This document shows, piece after piece, positions 50,661-61,940 of a DNA stretch of 64,000 bases. The stretch spans positions 16,434,029-16,498,028 of the forward strand of contig MU054323.1 in assembly GCA_013239625.1 (NCBI GenBank). Direction: 5' to 3'. The DNA comes from Lama guanicoe. Its lineage: Eukaryota. Every line of letters starts with the position of its first letter. Position 1 is the stretch's first letter. The notes under the pieces are model-generated. The model was given only the letters and a program-made list of their open reading frames with translations. It had not been told where the DNA came from and did not search any database. A program made the position numbers and the translations under genes.

Positions 50661-52217
50661 CAAGTCCCCCCCCAGCATGCAGTCCACCATCACAGCACCC
50701 CCTGTGAATGTTAATGGAGAACTTGTCATGATGCTGGATGATGGTTTTCAAGATTTGACTATAGGCTCATCTTTTGGGATAACCTCACAGGCTATGCTAA
50801 GAAAGACTACCATGCCTTGTAGTAGTAGACACTCAAGAAATATTTATTGGAATAATTTAAAAATTGAACAGCTTTTACAATGCTTTGCAGAAATAAGGTA
50901 ATATTATTTGGGCACTACCAGCCAGTTGTATAGTTCTAAGGCACCTGTATGAAGAGATAATTTCCATTAGGGGAGAATACTTCTTGCCTACACCTTGTGT
51001 TTCCATGCTGGAGAGTCTCTGGTAGAGAAACAACCTTTCCTCTCCTACAATTTGGAGCACAGAAGAATTGAGACACATATGAAACTGCAGCTTCTGTGTT
51101 CTTTTGTTTCAGAGCTGCCTTCCTGCAAAAAGTCTGCTGTTTGCTTTTTGGGCCACAGAGTAAGCAGGTTAGGGCAGGCTGTAGCCCGTGTGTGGAGATG
51201 GCAGTTGTCCAGGGCTGCCTGTGACCCAGTAGCTGTTGACAGTGGGTAAGCCTGCTTGATTCAAGAAAGTGGCTCATTTACCAAGCTCATGTTTTGTGCC
51301 TAAATTGCATCTTCCAGACAGCATTATCACTGGGGATGCTGCTGTTTTGGTATTTCCTATTTGACTCTTACATCTATTTCTCAGCTGGTTCTGAACTTAG
51401 GAAAGGGATAAAATGGTGATACTTGTTGACTCATACCTTAAATACCAAAGTTCCTTTAGGCCCAAATCCAGTAAGATTATGGGAATAGTGATCAGACGAG
51501 GCTTGAGCCTTCTTTTTGATAAAAGAAGGCATTCTGCCCCCTCTGCTCCCACCACTTCCCAGCAAACAGCATTTCCTAAAGATGGCAAACCTGGTCCACT
51601 CCTGCAAGAAGGGCAGCTGGGACAATGAGTCTGGGTCCGTAACCCTGGGATACTTGCTTACCTGGAAGATTTTCAATCTAATGGGTTTCTTGGTTGTTAA
51701 TGCTCATAATTTATTTTGTTGTTGTTTGGTTGCACAGAAGAGAATTGGTCAGAAGCACTGGCATTTGTTGGTGAGTATTCTACCAGTAAATCATGATATG
51801 TCTTGTAATTCATCTTATTTACAGCAAGTAAGAAACTCTGGCTTTTTTAAAATAAAAGTATTTATTGAGCACTGTGTCAGGAAGTTTTCTAGAGCTAGGA
51901 CTACAATGATGAGCAAAACCAGATATAAACTCTGACCTCATGGAAGTTTTACCCTAGAGAAGGAGATTTAGCAGTCACCAAAAATGAATGTGGAAATGCC
52001 TGCTTCTCATTTCTTGATATCCCTGGCCAGATTGAGCTAATTTGTTATTCTATGAATCTCATATGAGGCCCTAAAAATGACTTATTCTGTTGCCATTATA
52101 AAGATTAAGCACTGCAATCTTACGTATGTATTCTCTAGAACTAGTAGAGTTACATTTTGTAGACATTTCATTGCTATGGTTTATAATGCAGATTCAAATC
52201 TGTAAACAGGAATCTTA

Positions 52218-52578
52218 CTTAGATTTCATTTAATGTAAGATACTGTCGATTGTAAAACCATTATTTTATAACTGCTATGGGATAAAAAAATTGTCAATTA
52301 AACTGACATGTCAACAAATTTAAGGCATAGGCTGATATCAGAGATACTGAAATGTGAAAAAAGTAGTTCAGCACTCTCCAAAGAGTGGTCTCTGGACCCA
52401 AATCACTAGCATCACCTGGGAACTTGTTGAGACTGCAAGTTTCCCAGCTTCACCACAGACCTCTGGGGGTGGGACCCATACAAGATGGGTTTAACAAGCC
52501 GTCCAAAGTGATTCTGATGCATGATAAAGTTTCAGAAGCACTGAAATAGTGCACTTGAGCATCTCTGAGATATGATAC
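52218..52578. mobile_element. MER104-like (TcMar-Tc2) MITE interrupted by MER5A
   Basis: 'gtcgattgtaaaaccattatttta...caattaaactgac...tcagagatactgaaatgtgaaaaaa' matches the recalled consensus. Confidence 0.6.
52369..52543. mobile_element. MER5A hAT-Charlie MITE
   Basis: cag...ctg termini; 'agcatcacctgggaacttgtt' and 'gtgattctgatgca'; 8-bp flanks aagtagtt/aaatagtg. Confidence 0.85.
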
Positions 52579-52579
52579 T

Positions 52580-52860
52580 TCAGCAAACATCTTGAAAGCC
52601 TATTACAGGTAAGGCATCACGCTAGATGCACAATACATAGAGTCAAACAGGATCTATTGCCAACCAGGAGTTTACAGTCTGAGAGAAACAGATTTGTAAT
52701 TCAAAAACTAAAAGATCAGACCCAATGTGATGAATGCTGTGAGTGACATACCCTCAAAAGGCTGGGGAAGCCCTGGGAAGAAAGAGATAAATTCTGACTT
52801 AAATATTAGTGAGGACTTCATGATGCAAGTAGAATATGAGATGAGGCCTGGAAAGTGTTC
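52580..52860 (-). mobile_element. L2 fragment
   Basis: 'cagcaaacatcttgaaagccta...ggagtttacagtct' and 'gaggacttcatgatg...tgagatgaggcctgga'. Confidence 0.6.
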
Positions 52861-54644
52861 AGGATTTTATTTTTCAGAATGAAAATAAGTGAGAAATAAT
52901 ATTCCACAGAAGTCTTTTTCTTCCCAGTGTCCTTCTTCTCACGCATATTCCTGAAAAAGCTAGAAATTAATGAGAGAGGAATATGATTAAGAAATAAGCA
53001 TGATGATGGTCATGCCGATCCTCCCTTTGGACTCTCTGGAGATGCTTTTCACCAGCACCTTGGTGTGAATAGAAATTCCAGTGAGTGCCAGGGGAAGAGG
53101 CAAGCCTGAGCACTTCCTTTTATCAGCTTGTAATGCCCATGATGAAAATGTTGTTGATGAGAAGCAGACAGTGTCCCAGAGCAAACAATTTTTCTGAAAG
53201 CATGAAGTGAGGGAACCAAGAGACCAAGAAGCCTTGGTGTTCTGCAGTGGCAATAGGTGCATCCCTGATTTTACTGTCCCAGAGGGTCTCAAGCTAATCT
53301 CATTTACATTGTAGTCACCAACTCTTGGACACATAAAATTTAGAAGCACAGAACATTTGTGCTTAAAAGATAAGCTTAAAGTAACAAGGATAAAGGAAAA
53401 AAATTTTTTAAACCCCAGAAGCAGTGCAATGGCCAACTTGGACTACAGTCCATTCCAGAAATTAATTTAACTTTTTACATTGTTTTCAGTAGTAGAGCTC
53501 TGTGTATCATACTCATGCTGCTCCTATCTTTATGTGGCAGGGTACAGCCTTCCCATTTATTGGAGGCAGCAAAAAGCCCCAGGCTGTATAGCTACTCACC
53601 CAAGAAGTGTTTCAGCCGCTTCTCTTCAACAAGAAGAGTTGTGGATGTGAGAACTGTGAAAGGTCTTTGGAGTTAGAGCCTTTCTTGGGAGTTCCAAGAA
53701 CAGTAACACCCAGGTCTGTTCCAAACTCCTGAATTTAGGAGACAAAAAGAAAGCAGAACTCTGACAAAAGGGAGAAATGTGATCCTTGCCAAGTTGTCTG
53801 AAGGCGTCTTTTAGCCACAAACACTTCTTTTCCATTTCGATTAGACATTAGCCCCCAACTCTCCATCTCTCAGCTTCCTTTTCCAGTTGTGTTGGAGTTA
53901 CATTGTGTATTCTTTACCTGGCAGGCATAGGATACAGGCTCTCAGCAACTCTGGAGGCTTTAGGAAGAGCAGCCTCCATCATCCCTTTCTTGGCAAATCC
54001 TCCTTGGGCACCCATGGGATACAGCCAGCCCCTCCTACCCACTGTTCCACCACCTTGGGAACCCCGAGGAATCCTTATGTTAGATAATGAGGCCGTGAGG
54101 GATCCAAAGAGATAACAGTTGCAAACTGAGCACAGAACCTTCTTGTTTGAACGAAGACATGTTTTGAAAAGTTATAAATTATTTATTCTTCTGCTTGTGA
54201 TATCATTCTCAACTCACTAGGAATAACTCTCTAAAGGCTTTTTTAAGACACCAGTTGATGTTTTTGAGCTGCACACACTGTACCATGTGAAGGTAACAAT
54301 CTGAGACTCTCACACTATTTGCTTTTGCCTCTTTAAAATGCAGTAGACAAGAGAACATAAGATTTCAATGCTTTCATACTGTTTTTACCTTAGGGGAAAG
54401 TGGAAGTAAACAGGGTTCTGCAATCTTAGTCTTGGATATTCAGTGAAATGTACACTCAGAAAAATATCCTGGCCACACTGAGTACATTGCTTTTTCAGAT
54501 GCAGTGATATTTCACAATGGAGAAATCAAATGTCATGCAAGGAAGGCATTATTAACAAGAGTATTATTTTGATTCAGAATTGGACTGGGGTCTTGCAGGG
54601 CTTCTCTAGGTGTCCATGGGATAGTAGAGGAAGCCCATAATAAT

Positions 54645-54860
54645 TGGTTAACAGCCTGGAATTTGCATTCAGATAGGCCTGAGTTTGAATCCCAGCTCCT
54701 CTGTTTAATTGGTACCTGGAAAAGTTTTTTCACCTCATCTGTGAAACAGACATAATAATATCTATCTTGTAGAGTCATTAGAGTTGTTCCTGAGGAGCAA
54801 ATATATTAATGTTTGTAAGCACGGTATCTGATACGTGGTTCATTCTTACTGAATGATATT
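54645..54860 (+). mobile_element. MIR SINE
   Basis: 'cagataggcctgagtttgaatcccagctc...cctcatctgtgaaacagacataataata'. Confidence 0.8.
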
Positions 54861-56254
54861 TTAAAAATTACCCATACATATATCAAGGGCTCCACACTCT
54901 CTTAAAAACAGAAGACTCTCTTTCTAGTTAGCGGAGGACAGGGAATAGACCCATTCTCCATGGGAGGCTTACAGTAGGGAGACAAGTGGGAGAAGGGGCG
55001 GGGAGAGAGTAGAAACAGAGCAGACAGCATAGGGCATTCTCTGAGTGTCTATTGAAGGAAATCTTTCTCCATAATGTTGCTGCAGGAAATCAGGGCAAAG
55101 TAGGCCAATCAGTGCCTGCAGAGGGACCCATGCTGGACCCCAGCCTTGCCCCTAGTCATAAATTCCTGCTTGTAATGAAAGTGGCATTAAGTGGATGCTC
55201 TGTGAAGAAACTCTTAAGCAAATGATGATTTTATAGAAGAGGCAAAAAGAAAGTTGAACCACTGGTCACTGTGACTAGGAGGTGAGGGGCTGATGCCATT
55301 TGCTTGCAAAGTAACAATGAATACAGACTTCCCAAACTGCTCATCTGTTTTGCATGTGTTCACACTGGCATCTGAGCACGTCATTTGGCACAGAATTGTA
55401 CGGCATTAACATTTTCATACGGATCATGAAAGTATGTAAAAAACTGATGGCCACATGGGAAACCAATAATGGCTTTGGCTAGCTGAGCACTGATTGTTCT
55501 TTACCAGAGTGACAGCTGTACTGAGGATGGTGCCTACTCTGCCCTTACTTCCTATTTTGTAAACGGGGATCTGCACCATTCATTTCTCTGCCCAGAGAAG
55601 CAACACTCTGAGCAGCTGTATCCTTTAAAATCACAAAACTTGGCATGCCCTTCAACCACCTTGTTCTTTTAAGCCCACAACTGGGTCACTGAGACCTGTG
55701 AGCCCAGAATTTAGGACGCAAGCAAATGCACAGAAATAAACCAACCATGTGCCTCCTTTGGGCATCTGATTTGGCCTGTAAGTGTCGACTCAAAAATAAC
55801 TAGATGCTTAATTGCACATCTAAACTTAGTCCATGAATTTGCATGTGTAAGTAATCAGGGAAGTATTTGCTTAGAAATGTGTTCCATTTCCTCTGTTTGC
55901 TCTAAATCAGATTGCCAAGCAGCAGATCGGATTCTGAAATACTTTTAAAAACATGTTCTCGAGCCTCACCACTTCAGCCTACAGTTCTGTGGGACCTTGG
56001 GACCCAACTGAAGTAGACATAATGAGAACTCCTTTTAGGGAGGCTGCCAGTGGCGATCAAAGACACGGGCTAAAGTAGGTCGAGTGACTTAAGATGGGAG
56101 TCCTTTTTCCCACGCTGTCCACCCCAGCAGGAGCCAGATCTCATCCATACTGATTCTGATCTTTTAGGGACCACAGTAAGAGCATTCAGTAGGCACACGG
56201 GAGGGGCATTATGAAGGACTAGAGAAAGAGCCTGGTGTAGTATTGCCTATCTCC

Positions 56255-56900
56255 ATTCATTCATCCACTCAGATGTTTTCAAGTGCCTATTATACACCAT
56301 ATTATAAATACAAAGATAAAAAAAAATAGTCTCTGATTTTAAGAAGGTAACAGTCTAGAGGGGAACTTCACACAGATAATGGTAAAATACACTGTAATAG
56401 GTGCTATTAATATAGGCGGGGCAGGTTGAATTGTTGGTTCCAATTCCTCACTTCCCTGTAGAATTAGGATTATATATTCACCCTTTCTGTGGCCTCGTAA
56501 GTGGAATATACGTATCCCTGGCCCTTGATTCTGGACTTGGCCATGTGCCTTGCTTTGGCCAATAGGACACAGAGGCTTGAAGTGGGCTTGCTTGGTTGGC
56601 CTTGAGTTTTTGAGTTTATGCATGACCATGAGAAAAATAGGCCCTGGTGAACCACTGCCCCTCAGAATGAGACATGGAGCAAGGGCTGTCCCAGCCAACC
56701 TGCATAAAAATGAGTGACAAATAAGTGCTTTTTTAGTGTATTCCACTGAGATTCTGTGACTGTGTTTGTGTGCAGTGAAAGCTGATGATATACCAGGTCT
56801 AGTGCAGGCAAATCTATGAGGGGCTCCAAATCTGGGCTTGAAGGGTCTGAGGAGGCTCCTAATAGATGAGGATGACTAAACTGAGACCTGGAGGATTAGT
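56255..56900 (-). mobile_element. L2 3' end split by an MLT1 LTR
   Basis: 'cattcattcatccactcagatgttttcaagtgcctattata' to ~56410; resumes at ~56795. Confidence 0.65.
56415..56793 (+). mobile_element. MLT1 (H/I/J-like) LTR
   Basis: 'ggacttggccatgtgccttgctttggccaatagg' and 'ccactgagattctgtg...gctgatgatatac'. Confidence 0.75.
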
Positions 56901-57684
56901 GGTGGTGTGACTGGGAAGGGGAAGGGGAAGGGCTGGGGTGGCGGTTGGTGAGAGGTGGAAGGAAGGGCAGATGGAAGGGATGGAGGTCCCAGAGAGTGAA
57001 GCTTGTTCTCCGAGCTACAAGTAGTGTGTCTTGGCTGAATTGGGTAGAAGCACCAATGACGCTGCACAGGGCCACCATCCTGAAGAGAGGGGAGGCTCGC
57101 ATCTGCCATCTGCTTGAGGGCCTCCCACTGGACACCGACTGCTGTACATCACTTAGGATTTTTTTGCCAGGAGTTTCTCATAGAGAAAAGAGACTCAAGG
57201 GAAAGCTTTATGTTATTTTGACCTGTATTCATTTCCTATTATCCATTTTGAAAGTAAAGGTCAAATGGACCAGAAGTCTGGTTAAAGACTAAATTCTAGT
57301 GAGAGTAATACAATTCTAGTAGATGGTATACTATGTCATGTACAATATTCCAGCTGTTTCTGGGGGCAACACCTTCTGTTTACCAAATAGCTTTTCTTAA
57401 AGACTGATCATTTTTGTTTTCAGGACATATATTCCAGAATCATAGAATTGTAGAATTAGTAGAGACTTTAGGTTTTCTTACATAACTTTCCTGGAGGGCA
57501 CCAGAGAGGGAAAGTGGATATCTAGAGATCACACAGTAAATTCTTGGCAGTGCTGTAACAGGCAAGGTTTTTTACTTTTTTGTTTGTTTTTTTGTTTCTG
57601 TTCATGTTAGAAACTCTACTTTTCACTATTGGATCAGAGCCACAATCAACTATCCCAAGCACCATGCATGGAGGGCCCAGCTTA

Positions 57685-57707
57685 ACACACACACACACAC
57701 ACACACA
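57685..57707 (+). repeat. (CA)n microsatellite
   Basis: About 11 CA units. Confidence 0.9.
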
Positions 57708-57830
57708 TCCCACAGCAGCAATTCTGAGCAATTCTGTCTCTTCTCTATTTTATACTGAACGTAGTATTCTAAATATTGTTAAAATTTTTTTGTTCTTTTC
57801 CTTTGATTAAAAAGGGCTTCATAAATGGCT

Positions 57831-57962
57831 TGTAGTACCCTGTAGTACCCTGTAATAAAAAAGTATATACATATATAAATATATATATAAAACAGAATCA
57901 CTATGCTGTACACCAGAAACTAATACAACATTATGAATCAAAAAATTAAAATTAAAAATTAA
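57831..57962 (+). mobile_element. Artiodactyl-type L1 3' end fragment
   Basis: 'gaatcactatgctgtacaccagaaactaatacaacatt' followed by an A-rich tail. Confidence 0.75.
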
Positions 57963-58314
57963 TTATTTATTTTTAAAAAGTCTTCAATATAATAACCCTT
58001 GTTGCTTCGAAAGGAAGGGGATTTTTAATTATTCAAAAGTTCCAAATACTCAATACATTTCTTCAAAAGAATAATAATATATTTGACTACCCAGGATTTG
58101 GCATTTTCTTTGAATAATGCAATGTTAGAATAGCATTATAGACTTAGCAGGATTAGATGACCTCATATTTGTGTTTCATTACTCTACTGAAACCTACATC
58201 ATATTAAATGGTAATAATAAGAGCCATTTCCACCCATAACTCATACTGAAAATTGACTTCATCATGACTCACAAGCACAGCATTAACACACAGTTAAGTA
58301 GTTAAGTACGTATG

Positions 58315-58556
58315 CTTTTTCCTTCTTTCTTCTTCTCTTTTTCCTTTCTTTCTTCTTCTCTTTTTCCTTTCTTTCTTTCTTTCTTTTTCTTCTTCTCCTT
58401 CTTCTTCCTCTTCCCCCTCCTTCTTCTTCCTCTTCCCCCTCTTCTTCCTCTTCCTCCTCTTTCTCCTCTTCCTCTCCCTCCTCTCCCTCCTCTCCTTCCT
58501 CTCCTTCCCCTCCTTCCCCTCCTTCCCCTCCTCCTCCTCCTCCTTCTTCTTCTCCT
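58315..58556 (+). repeat. 242-nt uninterrupted polypyrimidine tract
   Basis: No A or G between 58315 and 58556. Confidence 0.95.
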
Positions 58557-58914
58557 GGTTTAGAACAATTTTAACTTCAAGTGGCACACATTTTTCTGAA
58601 ACTTGACTGATATCTTGACTACATACTCCTTCAATGATATTGAAACTCAAAATTCAGAAGATTTCCTTTTCTCTAACAAGTACAAAATTGTCAAGATGAT
58701 CTTAAAAGCTCTATGACTTCGCTATGTACTCTTGAAGTCAATAATTAAATGGAGAAACCATTCAGTTATTTGCCAAGGAATTTTACCTCTTGAAAGTGTC
58801 CCAGAGTTTGAAACTATCCAGATCATATGACCAAGAAGTTAAAATTAACGACGAGAAAAACAATTGCCTTTACCTTTAGCATTTCTCTCTGATGAAATTT
58901 GGCTCTGGAGCAGC

Positions 58915-59050
58915 TTGTAATCTGGGTTCTAGTCCCTGCTCTGCCACATTCCACACGTGACCTTGGGCAAATCATATAAGCCTCTGTGGTCTCAGACTCC
59001 TCATTTGTCAAATTAGAGGGTTGAATCAAGTTAGCTTGAAATTTCTGCCT
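58915..59050 (+). mobile_element. MIR SINE
   Basis: 'ctgggttctagtccctgctctgccac...gtgaccttgggcaaatca...cctcatttgtcaaa'. Confidence 0.85.
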
Positions 59051-59384
59051 ATTTCTATGTCTAACTCTTAAAATTATTATTCCAAGAATGGTTAGTTGTC
59101 ATTTACTCTCCAAATCCTCTTAGTTGAGAAGCAGTAAGAAGGTGAAATTGCAGCAAGTGGCATGCAGGTTGAATTTAAAGAACTTTACCACAGAAAGAAA
59201 TATTAACTACACAGCAGGATTATACAGTTAATCTGGCTGCTCTTAGGCTCCTTAAGGAGGGCTCGATAATATGAAGCCTGACTTGGTTTACATATAGTTC
59301 TTCCTGAGCCTAGCATCAGTTACAGAGGAGTGCAGATTCTTCTAGAAACAAGGCCTAATTCTATCGTAAGTGATTGTTTTATTT

Positions 59385-59890
59385 AGTGTCTTTGTTGGGA
59401 CTCTTCAGTTATAGTAACCACCATGAATTTAAGTGAGTTTTGGTATCACTTTTTGTTTTGAGGATATAGATATCTCATAGCACCCAAGAACAGAAATGCA
59501 GGTGAACCCCAGGAGAGGTCAGTAGCCAGGAGCAGAGAACTTGTCAGGAGCCTTGGTAGATCCCCTACTCTATCTCTTGCTAGTACTTCTCTCTAATTAT
59601 TGCCTTCATTCTTTGCTCTCTGCAGAATATGCACCCTCACATAGAAAGTTCCCCACTTCCCAACTACCACCCGAAACATATACACACCCTGTTCCAGAAA
59701 GCTAAATTTTACTTTGTCTTCTTATAAGGAAACAGCCTAGATTTGTTGGAAGTGTCTCTATTCAAATTCCAAATTCCTAAACGAATTTGATTGCTCTGAT
59801 TTAGCTCAACATGGCCAACATTCATTCATCCCTGGTCTAGTCAACTGCAGCCAAGGGGGCAGGTCATATGTTATAGATGGGGCTGTGGAG
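59385..59890 (-). mobile_element. Possible very old MLT1 (K-N-like) LTR
   Basis: 'gttgggactcttcagttatagtaac' start and 'tcaactgcagccaagggggcaggtcat' near the end. Confidence 0.4.
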
Positions 59891-61494
59891 CAGGAATTCT
59901 GCATTGCACAACTCTAGGGGACACTTTTTACATTTTGTTGTGTGTGTGATGCCCCATGGAGTTAGTTGTGCAATGAGAGGTCCTCAGCTGTAGTCAAAAG
60001 GCTTTTACTATAGAGACCCAGTTAACTGCGGATGCTAAAAAATCCCCAAAACAACTCCCTCCCACTTTCTAGATCTTAGTAACTTTCCTCTATTTGAAGC
60101 TAGAAATCCCACCGATCTGTTGGACCTATGACACATGTCAGATACTTACCATTCTGTATCCTTGTGCCTGAGATGAGCCTCCGGGGACAGATGGGGCAGG
60201 GATCTGAAAAGCCACCCTGATGTCACAATGGCTCTCGAGATGTCTATGACCTGTTCCCTCCTCCTCACTTAGAGGCAAGAATTCCAAGTGGGTGACCTTC
60301 TGAGGTGCTATCTTCTAGAATCCTGCATTTTCTTGGTTCCACCTCTACAAACTCAGTATGCACTGAGAAGAGACAGTCCTCACAGCAACACCAAAACAGA
60401 CCAGCCAGACATGAACCAGTATTACACACTTTTAATTTATTTTTCTTTGATTCAGAACTTCTTCATGTAGATTTATGAAGACTAGATGTGGAGATCAATT
60501 TAGCCCTGATTCTAACTTATTTAACTTGGCCATTCCAGGACTAAGCCTTTACTCAAGTGGCTACAGTTATGATATCAAGTCTTTGAAAAGTTGAGCTGCT
60601 TTGTTTGGTGCTTGGCATCCGGTGCATGTAAAATGGCTTGGATCTGATATTTCCTTTCCTCTAAGTAAGAACATATCTCTTGAAAAGGTTTGGTGCAGTA
60701 GTGCCAAAGAAGGAAGCAGGAAACTCAAGCCAGCCTGGAGTTTTGTGAGCCATGGAAAACTGGCTAAATTCACCATGAAAATAATTTGGAAACATGAAGG
60801 GAGTACAGAACAGTCTCTTCCTAGCCCAGTTTTTCATTCCAGCCTTGGGAATACTATGCATTAATGCATATTTGCTGAAAACTAACATGATGTTGAAATG
60901 CTATTCATATGAACCTAGCTCAGAGTTGTGGTCATCTGACCAAGTGCCAAAGTTTCCCTTTGACCTATCTTTAAAAAATAATGTTTGTAGTGGAACTGAT
61001 GACACAAATGCTAAACTAAACTTTTCTTTTTAATTTGCATATGATAAAGGTGTACATTCAAAATGATCCTGTGCTTTTATTAAACTAAGTCTAAAGTGTT
61101 AAAGAAGCAATTACATTGAAAACATCCTATGATACAGAATTTCATTAATTCAAACAGTTGTCTCACCCTTCAGTCTGAATTAGTGAGGCTCAACTGTACA
61201 TAAAATGAAGGGGAAAATATTAATCTCATCCTCAGAAACCAACTTATTCTGGTCCTACAAATTCCTAGGAGTTTCCAAATATGCAGATCTTTGCAGAACT
61301 CGGTTAATCAACTGTAAGTCTTAGTTTTATTCAAAATCACTGCCATATTCTTTCCCCTCTTCAAAGGTTCTTTTCTTTTTCTAGTATATCGTAAGTGGAT
61401 TTTTTTGTTTATATGATTATTTGCTTTTAAGTGTTGAATTTAGCAGATCTCATACACAGGCCTTACTAAAATCGATGGGGAAAAGCTTTGATTT

Positions 61495-61940
61495 TACTCA
61501 ACATGAGAGCATTAATTAACTGGAGAATGCCCATTATGTGTCAAGAAATCTGTGCTCAGTGCTGAGGTCAATGAGACAAGGTGCTAGGAAAATAGACAAA
61601 TGAAATGACAATGCAGGGTAAGAGATGGCGACGATGAAAGATCATAAAACCGTGGGAGCACAAAGATGGGAATGATTATCTGGGGAAGTTGAGGAAAGTT
61701 CAGTGAGGAAGTAACAAATGAGCCATGTCTTCAAGACTGTGTAAAAGAACTTTGTAGGGGAGATAAGCTGGGAAAGGTAGTTCCAACAAGGGGCGTGGGA
61801 ACCCTGATAAGGGCTTGGAGCTGAGGTTATTGGGAGAAATGGTAGGAGAGGAGGCTCTGGAAAGGATGGGACTGTCCATCGGGGGTGACTTCCATGCCAT
61901 GAAAAGGAATTAGGGTTTGATCTTGTGGTCAGTAGAGTTT
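61495..61940 (-). mobile_element. L2 fragment
   Basis: 'ttactcaaca...atgcccattatgtgtcaag...ctgtgct' and 'ggaaagttcagtgaggaagtaac'. Confidence 0.6.

Noticed and set aside
58294..58650. Lys/Glu/Arg-rich ORF and the opposite-strand Leu/Pro/Phe ORF
   Set aside because: Translations of the polypyrimidine simple repeat
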